This document shows positions 10,209-19,189 of a DNA stretch of 64,000 bases, in pieces (position 1 is the first letter of the stretch; every line of letters begins with the position of its first letter). This stretch comes from a virus. Taxonomy: Duplodnaviria; Heunggongvirae; Uroviricota; Caudoviricetes. The DNA lies in the IMG/VR virus record IMGVR_UViG_3300043399_000700. The stretch is one strand, 5' to 3'. The position numbers and the translations under genes were made by a program. The notes below the pieces were generated by a model. It was not told the origin of the DNA. It saw only the letters and a list, made by a program, of their open reading frames with translations, and did not search any database.

Positions 10209-10568
10209 ATGTCAACTGTAAATTATGTAACTCCTAGCCTCGACCGTACTGTAAGAATCTTTGATGAATTTTACAAGTATGATACTGTGGTCAATGAAAA
10301 CGAATATGACGTAGTCTATGCTTTTTTTAAATCAGTGTTTGCTGAAGAATTAGCAGCCAAGAATTTTACAATTTCGTTGTTTCAAGTTGCTGATCAGTCT
10401 CAAATTCCTGTACTAGAGCTATTAGCTCAAATACGAGATCAAGACCAATTGCAATTAACTGCAACTCTAGCATACTATCTTAACAATCTAAGAAGTAATG
10501 CAACATTACTAGGGCTTAGTGCTCCTGTAGTGCCAAACTATTATGCTGCCCGTAACGTATTACCATGA
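10209..10568 (+). CDS. Hypothetical protein
   Basis: ORF closely packed with its neighbours (ATGA overlap with the next gene). Confidence 0.5.
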   Translation: MSTVNYVTPSLDRTVRIFDEFYKYDTVVNENEYDVVYAFFKSVFAEELAAKNFTISLFQVADQSQIPVLELLAQIRDQDQLQLTATLAYYLNNLRSNATLLGLSAPVVPNYYAARNVLP

Positions 10569-10996
10569 GCAAATTTGCACAAGGCATATTTGAAGTAAAA
10601 AACCCGCAGAAGTATGTAGGCAAAGGTAAGCCCAGATACCGCTCAGGTTGGGAATGGACCTTTATGCAGTTTTGCGACAACAATGACAGCATACTTCAGT
10701 GGGCTAGCGAAAGTGTGGCTATACCGTATCGCAATCCTATAACTGGCAAAATGACACAGTACATACCTGACTTCTTAGTTCAGTATCGTACTAAAGCCAA
10801 TCAAGTAGTAACAGAACTTATTGAAATTAAACCCAAGAAGCAAAGTGTAATTGAAAGCAAAGCAAGCCAGCGTGATAAAGCAATTGTGGCTGTGAACTAT
10901 GCTAAATGGGATGCTGCCCAAAAGTGGGCACGCCGTAACGGACTAGTGTTCCGTGTAATTACCGAAGACGATATATTCAGAAACGGCAAAAAGTAA
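10565..10996 (+). CDS. Conserved phage hypothetical protein
   Basis: 143-aa ORF; I could not assign it to a known family by eye. Confidence 0.5.
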   Translation: MSKFAQGIFEVKNPQKYVGKGKPRYRSGWEWTFMQFCDNNDSILQWASESVAIPYRNPITGKMTQYIPDFLVQYRTKANQVVTELIEIKPKKQSVIESKASQRDKAIVAVNYAKWDAAQKWARRNGLVFRVITEDDIFRNGKK

Positions 10997-11012
10997 TGCG
11001 ATAAATATTCGC

Positions 11013-11501
11013 ATGACTAAGAAACTAGAAGAATTGTTTGATTTACCCCAAAACGACGATGATGTTGTGGATCCAGCACCTGATTTTGCTGGAGAAACAA
11101 TACCCGATCTTACTACCACATTAGATAGCCTTGATAAAATTGAGTCGGCATTGCCTGCGGTACGGGGCCTAGAAGCCAGCGACAGCGAAATGGATGCACT
11201 AGCCAAAAAAGCCAGTGACAGTTTTGACGACCTAATGGACTTGGGCATGAACGTAGATAGCCGCTATGCTAGCGAAATTTTTGCTGTAGCCAGTTCAATG
11301 CTTGGACATGCTATTACAGCCAAGACTGCTAAACTTAACAAAAAGTTAAAAATGATTGACTTACAACTTAAGAAAGCAAAATTAGATGCTGACCTTAATG
11401 ATGGCGATGGTCCTACAAAAACAGGCACGGGCGTGGTAATTGATCGCAACGAATTATTAGCAAAATTAGCAAACCGAGACCAGTCAAACAAGGCTGATTA
11501 G
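11013..11501 (+). CDS. Hypothetical acidic protein
   Basis: 162-aa ORF with an acidic N-terminal half. Confidence 0.5.
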   Translation: MTKKLEELFDLPQNDDDVVDPAPDFAGETIPDLTTTLDSLDKIESALPAVRGLEASDSEMDALAKKASDSFDDLMDLGMNVDSRYASEIFAVASSMLGHAITAKTAKLNKKLKMIDLQLKKAKLDADLNDGDGPTKTGTGVVIDRNELLAKLANRDQSNKAD

Positions 11502-11527
11502 GTAAATATGCTATAGAGGATCCAAAT

Positions 11528-12130
11528 ATGAAAACTTTAGCCGAATACTTAGTAGAGTCGCGTCAAACCTACGATTACCGCATTAAATTCGCCGGTGATG
11601 TAGATGCAGACTTTCTAGCAAAATTCAAAAAGCAACTTGAGCAGTTTGACGTTATTAAAATGTCACAACCTAAGACTACTCCAGTTAAAAAAGAACTTCT
11701 CGACTTTCCGAAGTTTCCAAATGAAAGCGAAACATTCATCGATGTAAGTTTTAACTATCCAGCAATCCCGCCACAGATTGTACAAATGGTACAACTACTT
11801 GGCTTTGACCCAAATCGTGTGTTAATGCAAGACCGTAAGTATGCTGAGAAACTTGATCAAGAACGTGATACACAAGAAAAAGAAAGCAAGAATCTTTTAA
11901 CAGATACAAACTATCCTGCTCCTAACAAAGAGCAACAAGAGCAAAGTGCAGACTACGGTGCTGACCCCTATGGTCATGCTGTGCTAAAGAACGCATATCG
12001 CAGCGACTTTACTGTTGCTGGCGGTAAGACACCAAAGGCTAAAACAACTAACGACTACCCAATGGGTGACACAAGTCCAGTTGGCACAAAGCAAAACAAG
12101 ATCCCTACACCAAAGAGCTTTGCTCGCTAA
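11528..12130 (+). CDS. Hypothetical protein
   Basis: 200-aa ORF. Confidence 0.5.
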   Translation: MKTLAEYLVESRQTYDYRIKFAGDVDADFLAKFKKQLEQFDVIKMSQPKTTPVKKELLDFPKFPNESETFIDVSFNYPAIPPQIVQMVQLLGFDPNRVLMQDRKYAEKLDQERDTQEKESKNLLTDTNYPAPNKEQQEQSADYGADPYGHAVLKNAYRSDFTVAGGKTPKAKTTNDYPMGDTSPVGTKQNKIPTPKSFAR

Positions 12131-12140
12131 GGAATAGACT

Positions 12141-15086
12141 ATGAACAACATGTACAAAATTTTAGAATCGTTTAACAGCCTAACACCAGAGACAAAAGTA
12201 GTCGAGGCTAAAACCACAGATCCTGAACTACAAAAAATCGCACACAACTATCCTCGCGAAGTTAAGTTACTAATTCAAACTGGCGATTTTGACAAGGATC
12301 TATATTCAGCATTGTTTGATTACTACAACGGCCTAGGTGAAATGCCTTATGGCGTTGCCAAAGCACGTGACGGCGATCCTTATGAATGGATCTTCCAACG
12401 CTTTACCAACGACATGGGCCTAGATAGTCCACTAAGCAATGTTGGTCAAGATGCTGGCCTAGGTTTAGACAAGGCTATCCAAGGTGTTGAAGAAGAAATG
12501 GGCACATACGGTGCTATGGCCGGTCAAGGCATGGGCTATGGTAGCATTACCGAAGGCTCGGCAGACTTTTATCGAGAGTTGCGTGACCTTGTTGAAGGCA
12601 AAAAGTCAAAGCCTGACTTTTTAGACGTCGACAAAGATGGCAACAAAAAAGAGCCTTTCAAGAAGGCAGTCAAGGACAAGCAAGTTGACGAATCCTTGAC
12701 TAGTGTTGAATTAGACGAAGGTGTTAATAGATTTACACCAAAAGATATTAAATCTGCAATTAATTATAAAAATGCTGCTGGTCCAATTTGGAAAGTAACG
12801 CCAAGTGGGTCAGTCAGAATCACCGCAATGAATGCAGATGTTACTGCGCTCAATAAGATTTTATCTCGTCCATTAGCAAGTCAAGAAGACTGGGATATGT
12901 TAAAAAAGCAAATGCGAGTAGAGATTTTGAAAAAAAATGCAGGAAGCGCAATTGCTGAAGCCAAGCCTGACTTCCTAGACGTTGACAAGGATGGCAACAA
13001 GAAAGAGCCTTTCAAGAAGGCTATTAAGGATAAAAAAGTTAATGAAATGGATTATGGTGGCGGCAGAAGTCCGCACGGCGGCCACAATCTTCCAAGAGAC
13101 GCAGAAGATCAACCTGGACCACAGGTTACAGTAAATCCACAAAAAGCAAAAGATGCTAAAAAAGATATAGAGGATCAATTAACTAAAGCGTTTCAAAATC
13201 AACCAGTAAAGCAAAATGTTGGAGGCAAAAAAGTCAGCGAAGCAGCCGCCGAGAACCCATACCAACAACGTATCCTTGATGCTAATAAAGCAGACTTAGA
13301 AGAATTCTTAAAGACTGGTTACCTAGATACAACTAGTGACTTGTACTATCAAATGTACGAATACTATGCTAACCAAATGGATCCAAAAGTTCGTCGTAAT
13401 CAAGATGCACAGTATGATTTTATCACTGGTAAGATCCGCGAAATTGCTGGCGTTAACGAAGCCCGCGGCGATGATTGGGATTTCAGCGACTTACCACCAG
13501 AGCCAACAACACGTAAGATTGCTGGCAAGCGTTACGGCGGTTCAGCACAAGTTGATGAACCAGAAGATGACGAAGATGATAGCAAGCCAGGTGTTAAGGC
13601 TGCTAAAAAGCGTGGTCGCCCAGCAGGCACCAAACGTGCTATTGGTGCCAAAGGCCCAACAGGCAAGAGCAAACTTCTTAAGAAGGGTGCTATCAAAGAG
13701 GGCGACGACGAAGGCGTTGACATGGTTAAGTTAGCCAAGGTTATTGCTTCGTGCACAAGCCCTGAGCAACTTGAAGTTGCTAAGAAGATGGCTAAAAACT
13801 TTTTAGGCAAGCACCGTGCATCGGGTGACGATTTTAGAGTTAGTGCATTTAAAAACGACATGGATCGTGAAAGATCAGTAAAGCGTGATCTTGGTGCTAA
13901 AGCCAAGAGCCTAAGTGCAGAACCAGTTGCTGAAAAGGCCCCCCCTGGCGCCAAAGCAGAACGTATGGTCAAGGGTATTAAGAAGTCATTGAGCAAAGAC
14001 GGTCACCTAAGTGACAAGGACAAAGCAATTGCTTATGCTACCACATGGAAAGCACACAAGCAAGGCAAAGTTGAAGAAGAAGCCGGTGTTGAAGAAGAAT
14101 CAACAGGCGACGAATCTAAAGAATCACGCCAAGCAGCAAAAAGTATCTATCACATGCTTTATGATGCTAACGCCGCTGACTGGAAAGATCTAGGTTACAC
14201 CCCAGTGGATGTTAGAAATTTAACTAAAGTAGCAGAGATGTTTAAAGTTGGTAAGCCCAAAGCAGCACGTCAACTAGCATTCAAAGCTGGCATTAGCGAT
14301 TTAGTTGACGAAATACTCAAAGGCAACTGGGTCGGTGCAGAGTTAGAAGAAGAATCAACAGGCGACTACTCTGCTAAAAAGGCACGTGCCGGTAAAGACA
14401 TTGGCAAGCCAGGCAAGAACTTTGAAAAGATTGCTAAGTCAGCAGGTAAAAAGTATGGCAGCAAAGAACGTGGTGAAAAGGTTGCTGGTGCAGTATTAGC
14501 AAAACTACGTGGCAAGAACGAAAGCAAGGACGAAGAACAAGTTGAAGAAACAACTTGTGCCGGTTCAGTTGCTCCAAGTGTTGCTGCTCCTAAGAAAGCA
14601 AGTGCTGGTGGTTATCAGTTTGGCAAGGGTGTTTACGAAAGCATTAACAGCCAAGTAGAAAAAATGATTGTCGAGGGCATGAGCATCAATGTAAACGTCG
14701 ACAGCAATGGTCAAAAGAGCATTAACGTTAGTGCTACTGATGAAGATGCTGACAAGCTAGCAGAAATTTTAAAGATGGCTGGTATTGCTGGCGGCGGTGT
14801 TCCTGCAGTACAGGAAGCACAATGTTGCGAAGCATGTGGCACAAACCCATGCGAATGTTCAATGGTTGAAGAATCAAATGAACTAGCCAACGGCCCAGAC
14901 GAAGAATACGCAGACACAGACATGCTAACAAACAAACTAGCCGGTGGTTTAAACAAACCTAAGACAACCGTTGCAGGTAATGGTCAAACTACTGTTCCTG
15001 TTACTGCTGTTCAAGTTAAGGAAAGCCAAGAAGTTGCAAAGATCGAAAACAGTCTTTGGAACTTGTTTAAAGCATTTAAGAAGTAA
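12141..15086 (+). CDS. Large Lys/Glu-rich protein with internal repeats (possible internal virion or ejection protein)
   Basis: 981 aa. Near-identical 28-aa repeats KPDFLDVDKDGNKKEPFKKA(V/I)KDK at about 12607 and 12964 (DxDxDG Ca-binding-like motif). Two EEESTGD repeats and a Cys-rich C-terminus. Confidence 0.6.
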   Translation: MNNMYKILESFNSLTPETKVVEAKTTDPELQKIAHNYPREVKLLIQTGDFDKDLYSALFDYYNGLGEMPYGVAKARDGDPYEWIFQRFTNDMGLDSPLSNVGQDAGLGLDKAIQGVEEEMGTYGAMAGQGMGYGSITEGSADFYRELRDLVEGKKSKPDFLDVDKDGNKKEPFKKAVKDKQVDESLTSVELDEGVNRFTPKDIKSAINYKNAAGPIWKVTPSGSVRITAMNADVTALNKILSRPLASQEDWDMLKKQMRVEILKKNAGSAIAEAKPDFLDVDKDGNKKEPFKKAIKDKKVNEMDYGGGRSPHGGHNLPRDAEDQPGPQVTVNPQKAKDAKKDIEDQLTKAFQNQPVKQNVGGKKVSEAAAENPYQQRILDANKADLEEFLKTGYLDTTSDLYYQMYEYYANQMDPKVRRNQDAQYDFITGKIREIAGVNEARGDDWDFSDLPPEPTTRKIAGKRYGGSAQVDEPEDDEDDSKPGVKAAKKRGRPAGTKRAIGAKGPTGKSKLLKKGAIKEGDDEGVDMVKLAKVIASCTSPEQLEVAKKMAKNFLGKHRASGDDFRVSAFKNDMDRERSVKRDLGAKAKSLSAEPVAEKAPPGAKAERMVKGIKKSLSKDGHLSDKDKAIAYATTWKAHKQGKVEEEAGVEEESTGDESKESRQAAKSIYHMLYDANAADWKDLGYTPVDVRNLTKVAEMFKVGKPKAARQLAFKAGISDLVDEILKGNWVGAELEEESTGDYSAKKARAGKDIGKPGKNFEKIAKSAGKKYGSKERGEKVAGAVLAKLRGKNESKDEEQVEETTCAGSVAPSVAAPKKASAGGYQFGKGVYESINSQVEKMIVEGMSINVNVDSNGQKSINVSATDEDADKLAEILKMAGIAGGGVPAVQEAQCCEACGTNPCECSMVEESNELANGPDEEYADTDMLTNKLAGGLNKPKTTVAGNGQTTVPVTAVQVKESQEVAKIENSLWNLFKAFKK

Positions 15087-15088
15087 TA

Positions 15089-15463
15089 ATGCGAGCAGCG
15101 GAGTTCATCACTGAGGCCAGCGAAGCCAAGGTATCTAAGAGATACCAGCAAGCAACTCGCGGTCTTAACTGGTTCAGTGATGGTGAACGCTGGAACACTG
15201 ACTACGTTGGGTATCGTTTGGGAATGGCAGTGGCCTGCGCCGACGGTGTTAACCCCATTGAAATGGACGCCAAGAGTTGGATAGGCAAAGGTAAAACAGC
15301 ACATCCTTATACTAAGGAAGAGCAGGCTATGCTTAAACAAGCATACGAAGTCGCCGGCGCATCTTATAAAGATCTAAACCATGGTGACATGGACAGTGAA
15401 GAACTTAAATCGACTAACAATGTTAGTCCAGTAAAACCGTTCAAAGGTTACCGACGTCGATGA
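15089..15463 (+). CDS. Small protein, paralog A of a tandem pair
   Basis: Starts MRAAEFI and ends SPVKPFKGYRRR. Paralogous to the next ORF. Confidence 0.55.
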   Translation: MRAAEFITEASEAKVSKRYQQATRGLNWFSDGERWNTDYVGYRLGMAVACADGVNPIEMDAKSWIGKGKTAHPYTKEEQAMLKQAYEVAGASYKDLNHGDMDSEELKSTNNVSPVKPFKGYRRR

Positions 15464-15846
15464 GAGCACGTGAGTTTATTGTAGAACAAAAAGATCTAGA
15501 TCCAGAATACAAGGATCCTATGCAATGGACTTTTACTATTCCTGGATTATCGGCAGCAGATCCTTATAACAATTATCGATTTGGTGTGGCTATTGCTCGA
15601 GCACGTAGCGATCAAGCCACAGATGATGTTAATAATTTTCGCCCAGACTGGTCTCCAGAAACAGCATTTGGCGAACACGGTGTAGTTGTTGGAATGAACT
15701 CTGGTATTGAAAAAGTAATCGACCAGGCACTTAAAATGACCAACACACCTGGCGGCAAAAAACTAGTATCGAGTCCTAAAAGCGAAGAACCGTCGTTTGT
15801 TACATCAACAAGCCCAGTAAAACCGTTCAAAGGTTACCCACGTTAA
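15460..15846 (+). CDS. Small protein, paralog B of a tandem pair
   Basis: Starts MRAREFI and ends SPVKPFKGYPR. ATGA overlap with paralog A. Confidence 0.55.
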   Translation: MRAREFIVEQKDLDPEYKDPMQWTFTIPGLSAADPYNNYRFGVAIARARSDQATDDVNNFRPDWSPETAFGEHGVVVGMNSGIEKVIDQALKMTNTPGGKKLVSSPKSEEPSFVTSTSPVKPFKGYPR

Positions 15847-15875
15847 CAAAATAACGTACAGCCATAAATATTATT

Positions 15876-16127
15876 ATGGCACTACCACCTACCCCTTCTG
15901 GATACGATAACTGGAATCAGTATATTACTGATAATGCTCCTGCCCTTATGGCAAGCCAAGGACTAACATTTCAGCAAGCCAAAGCAAGTATTAAGTTACT
16001 TGATGTAGCAATGCCTATTAGACAAGATGTTGGTACTCCAAGTTATAGAATTTACAACGAATTTACTACCTGGGCAGATAGAACAGTTGCTCCAACTCTT
16101 GGACGCCCTTGGAAATCTGAATCATAA
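15876..16127 (+). CDS. Hypothetical protein
   Basis: 83-aa ORF with a TAATG overlap with the following tail-fibre-like gene. Confidence 0.45.
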   Translation: MALPPTPSGYDNWNQYITDNAPALMASQGLTFQQAKASIKLLDVAMPIRQDVGTPSYRIYNEFTTWADRTVAPTLGRPWKSES

Positions 16128-17131
16128 TGCCTACTCCTCCACCATGGCTTGATATTACTGGCATTAGCCGGGCAGCAATGAAGGACAATGCCCAGGTTAA
16201 TGCAGCGCAGTATGATGGCAACGCTCGTCCAGCAGAATTAGTAGTAGAACAAAACACACTACAACTATATGTCGGCGACAACAACGGAAATTTAGTATTG
16301 TTAGCCACACCTGCAGGTGCACCGGCTAATGTTGCTGTTTACGACGAAGGCAACCTATTAACCAGCACAGTCACAAGTTTTAATTTTGTTGGCGATGGTG
16401 TAACTGCCACTGCCGGACTTGACAATGCAGTTACCGTTACCGTTCCATCAACTATTTCTCAGTTATACAACGGTGCTTATTATGCCGATGGTACAACTAC
16501 ACTAACTGCTGGCATTAACTCAAACAGCACCACACCTATTGCAGTAGCATCAACTGCGCCATTTGCTAACAGTGGCTATATTAGAATTGGTGCCGAAGTT
16601 ATTCGTTATACCGGTAAGACAGCCACAACATTCACAGGCATTACACGTGGGCAAGCAGGATCAAATGGATCAACACACAATACTGGTGCTGGCGTTGGTG
16701 CTGCACAAGTTGTTGCTGTAGGCACATCTGCAACAGTTTTAATTGATACTGTTGTAATGCAAAACGGTATGTCGTTAAATACTGCCACAGGTGAGGTTAC
16801 ATTACAACATAGCGGTCGTTATAACTTTCAGTTTAGCGTACAAAGTGAATGTTACGGCAACGATGTTGACGACACAGTAGTATGGTTTGCACTAAATGGT
16901 AATACTATAAACAATACCGCAAGTTACAGCACAATACAAGGTACTCATGGCGGCCGTCCGGGTAGCAACATTATCACCGTTAATGTTTTCTTAGATTTAT
17001 CGGCCAACGATGTAATATCGCTAAAGTGGGCGTCACTAGGCGGCACTACTGCTATTACTACAATTCCCCCATCCAATAACATTATTCCAATATCACCTGG
17101 CGTAATTCTTACCGTTAATCGAGTTTACTAA
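16127..17131 (+). CDS. Tail fibre / receptor-binding-like protein
   Basis: Gly/Thr/Ala/Asn-rich with repetitive beta-strand-like segments (SGYIRIGAEVIRYTGKTATTFTGITRGQAGS). Confidence 0.45.
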   Translation: MPTPPPWLDITGISRAAMKDNAQVNAAQYDGNARPAELVVEQNTLQLYVGDNNGNLVLLATPAGAPANVAVYDEGNLLTSTVTSFNFVGDGVTATAGLDNAVTVTVPSTISQLYNGAYYADGTTTLTAGINSNSTTPIAVASTAPFANSGYIRIGAEVIRYTGKTATTFTGITRGQAGSNGSTHNTGAGVGAAQVVAVGTSATVLIDTVVMQNGMSLNTATGEVTLQHSGRYNFQFSVQSECYGNDVDDTVVWFALNGNTINNTASYSTIQGTHGGRPGSNIITVNVFLDLSANDVISLKWASLGGTTAITTIPPSNNIIPISPGVILTVNRVY

Positions 17132-17132
17132 A

Positions 17133-17567
17133 TTGAATCAACTTTTCTTAGCACTGGCGCTATTGCCATCAATGTCTTTTGCAGACAAAGCACCACAAGG
17201 TGTTGCATACCCTGCAGAAATTATTAAAGTTACTGATGGTGACACAGTGGTTATTGCTGCACCTTATTTGCCAGCACCACTAAAGCCACAATTGGCCGTT
17301 AGAATCTTCGGCGTTGATACACCCGAAAAAGGTTCTCGCGCTAAGTGCACAGCCGAAGATTCTAAAGGCCAAGCAGCATCAAAGTTTACTACTAAAGCAG
17401 TTAAACAATCAACTAAACAACAAGTTGTCATTTATGATTGGGATAAGTACGGTGGTCGTGTATTAGGTGATGTTATTTTAAATGGCCAAAGTCTACGAAC
17501 AATGTTAATTCAAAACGGATATGCCCGAGAATACTATGGTGAAGCTAAAAAATCTTGGTGTCAGTAA
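17133..17567 (+). CDS. Secreted staphylococcal-nuclease (thermonuclease, SNase) family nuclease with a signal peptide
   Basis: Signal peptide MNQLFLALALLPSMSFA. TDGDTVV...RIFGVDTPEKG, DKYGGRVLG and QNGYAREYY align with the SNase DGDT / RLLLVDTPE / DKYGRGLAYIY / RQGLAKVAY blocks. Confidence 0.75.
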   Translation: MNQLFLALALLPSMSFADKAPQGVAYPAEIIKVTDGDTVVIAAPYLPAPLKPQLAVRIFGVDTPEKGSRAKCTAEDSKGQAASKFTTKAVKQSTKQQVVIYDWDKYGGRVLGDVILNGQSLRTMLIQNGYAREYYGEAKKSWCQ

Positions 17568-18622
17568 TACCAAAACATATGAAGATATTAGTTTGTTCAA
17601 CTGCCGAAACACAGCACTGGAAGTATTTTTTAAATCATTTTGACATTGATTACCAGTTGATTGATTTATATGATGCAGATCAGCAGAGATTTTACTTGCC
17701 GATAACAGAGTCTGATACAATATTAATAACTGATTACATTATTCTTGACCAGTTGTATCGATATTCAAAAACAGATATTATAGAATACACCAAGCACAAT
17801 AAATTATTGATAGTTGCTAATGCTGATTCGCCTGTGCTTTTTTACAAAGACATAGACAAGTGGCAACAACTTGATACACTAGTTTCACATAACTCATTAT
17901 GGTTTGTGCTTGAATGTTCTTGTTTCTCCCACTCGTTAACAAATATACAAGTAGATTTTGATTCCGAGTCGAAATTTTTTGATATAATTGAACAACGTCT
18001 AAGTTTGAAAATTAACAAACAGTTAACCAAAGATTTTTTGCTTATGCTTGCCCGCGAAGATGCAACACGCACTTACTTGTGGGAGCAACTGCAATCAAGA
18101 AATTTAACATCCAATGCTGTTGCATTTTATCATAAAAATGCTGGAGGAAATCCTGATTTTGTTTTTAATGGCAACACCGGGCATCAATTTGTGTGGCAAA
18201 AAAGTTTAATTCCGTGCATTGATTTTTATAGTTCGTGTGCTTTTGAGATTGTTGCCGAAACAATAACTGATCGCGTTTGCTGGTTTACAGAAAAAACTAT
18301 CAGACCAATTGCTGGAAAAACGCCGTTTGTAACATTAGCTGCACCTGGTGCGCTCAACGAGTTACGCAAACTTGGGTTTAAGACATTTGGTAGTTATATT
18401 AATGAATCTTACGATCTGGAATTAGACGTTGTAAAACGCACTGATATGATTGTTAATGTTGTTGCAGATATTGTTAACAATGGCGCCATAGAGTTTGCTA
18501 AAGCAACGCAGAATATTACAGAACATAATTGGAATAGGCTCCTTGAGTTAAAAGGAGCCTATGCATATCACAAAGATTTAAAATTTTTCGACTTATTAAC
18601 TAAGCTGAACGCTTTGTATTAG
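17555..18622 (+). CDS. Hypothetical protein
   Basis: 355-aa ORF; start uncertain (alternative ATG at 17579). Confidence 0.45.
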   Translation: MVSVIPKHMKILVCSTAETQHWKYFLNHFDIDYQLIDLYDADQQRFYLPITESDTILITDYIILDQLYRYSKTDIIEYTKHNKLLIVANADSPVLFYKDIDKWQQLDTLVSHNSLWFVLECSCFSHSLTNIQVDFDSESKFFDIIEQRLSLKINKQLTKDFLLMLAREDATRTYLWEQLQSRNLTSNAVAFYHKNAGGNPDFVFNGNTGHQFVWQKSLIPCIDFYSSCAFEIVAETITDRVCWFTEKTIRPIAGKTPFVTLAAPGALNELRKLGFKTFGSYINESYDLELDVVKRTDMIVNVVADIVNNGAIEFAKATQNITEHNWNRLLELKGAYAYHKDLKFFDLLTKLNALY

Positions 18623-19151
18623 TTACTATCGGTTCGTTTTTCAAACCAAGATATGTTGCCCAACTTGGGTGACGAACATGTGTGAATGTATCTTTAATGC
18701 TATTTACTAAGTTCCAGTAACTCGGACGGAATGGTTCGTGAATTGGACGCCAATATTTGCTGCCTTTAGCAGAGTTACATGCCTTGCAAGCACTCACACA
18801 GTTTTCCCAAGAAGTACGGCCACCATCGCTACGTGGAACAACGTGGTCCACAGTTAGTTGTTTTGGCTCAAACGTTTCGCCGCAGTACTGACATTGGTAC
18901 AAGTCACGTAAAAACAAATGCTGACGACTAAATCGTGCATGTTTGCCTTTACCGAAGCCTTTCTTTGTTACAGCCACAGCGGGTACTCGCATACTAATGC
19001 TTGAACTGTGTACGACCCAATCGTCGTGCCATTCAATAACTTGGATGCGATCTAAGAAAAATAGTTTAATAGCAGTTTGCCAGTCGATTGTCGATAACGG
19101 TAAAAAGTTTACTGGTTGATAATCTGGCGCTAAAATTAATGTGTCGCTCAT
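18600..19151 (-). CDS. HNH endonuclease
   Basis: CQYCGETFEPKQLTVDHVVPRSDGGRTSWENCVSACKACNSAKG is a canonical HNH/Zn-finger motif. Antisense, directly upstream of the terminase gene. Confidence 0.8.
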   Translation of the reverse strand: MSDTLILAPDYQPVNFLPLSTIDWQTAIKLFFLDRIQVIEWHDDWVVHSSSISMRVPAVAVTKKGFGKGKHARFSRQHLFLRDLYQCQYCGETFEPKQLTVDHVVPRSDGGRTSWENCVSACKACNSAKGSKYWRPIHEPFRPSYWNLVNSIKDTFTHVRHPSWATYLGLKNEPIVTNTKRSA

Positions 19152-19189
19152 TTTAGATATTTATTGTGAGTTAACGGCTAAGTAAATGT

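Noticed and set aside
11013-11501. Possible small terminase subunit (acidic N-terminus, helical, about 160 aa, loosely gp16-like composition)
   Set aside because: It lies 8 kb from the large terminase gene, with structural genes in between. The similarity is compositional only, so I left it as hypothetical.
13532-13996. 154-aa minus-strand ORF and other internal ORFs (13336-13734 +, 14711-14956 -) inside the 981-aa gene
   Set aside because: They are embedded in a long, repeat-validated + strand gene. The low-complexity Ser/Leu/Ala-rich translations are artefacts.
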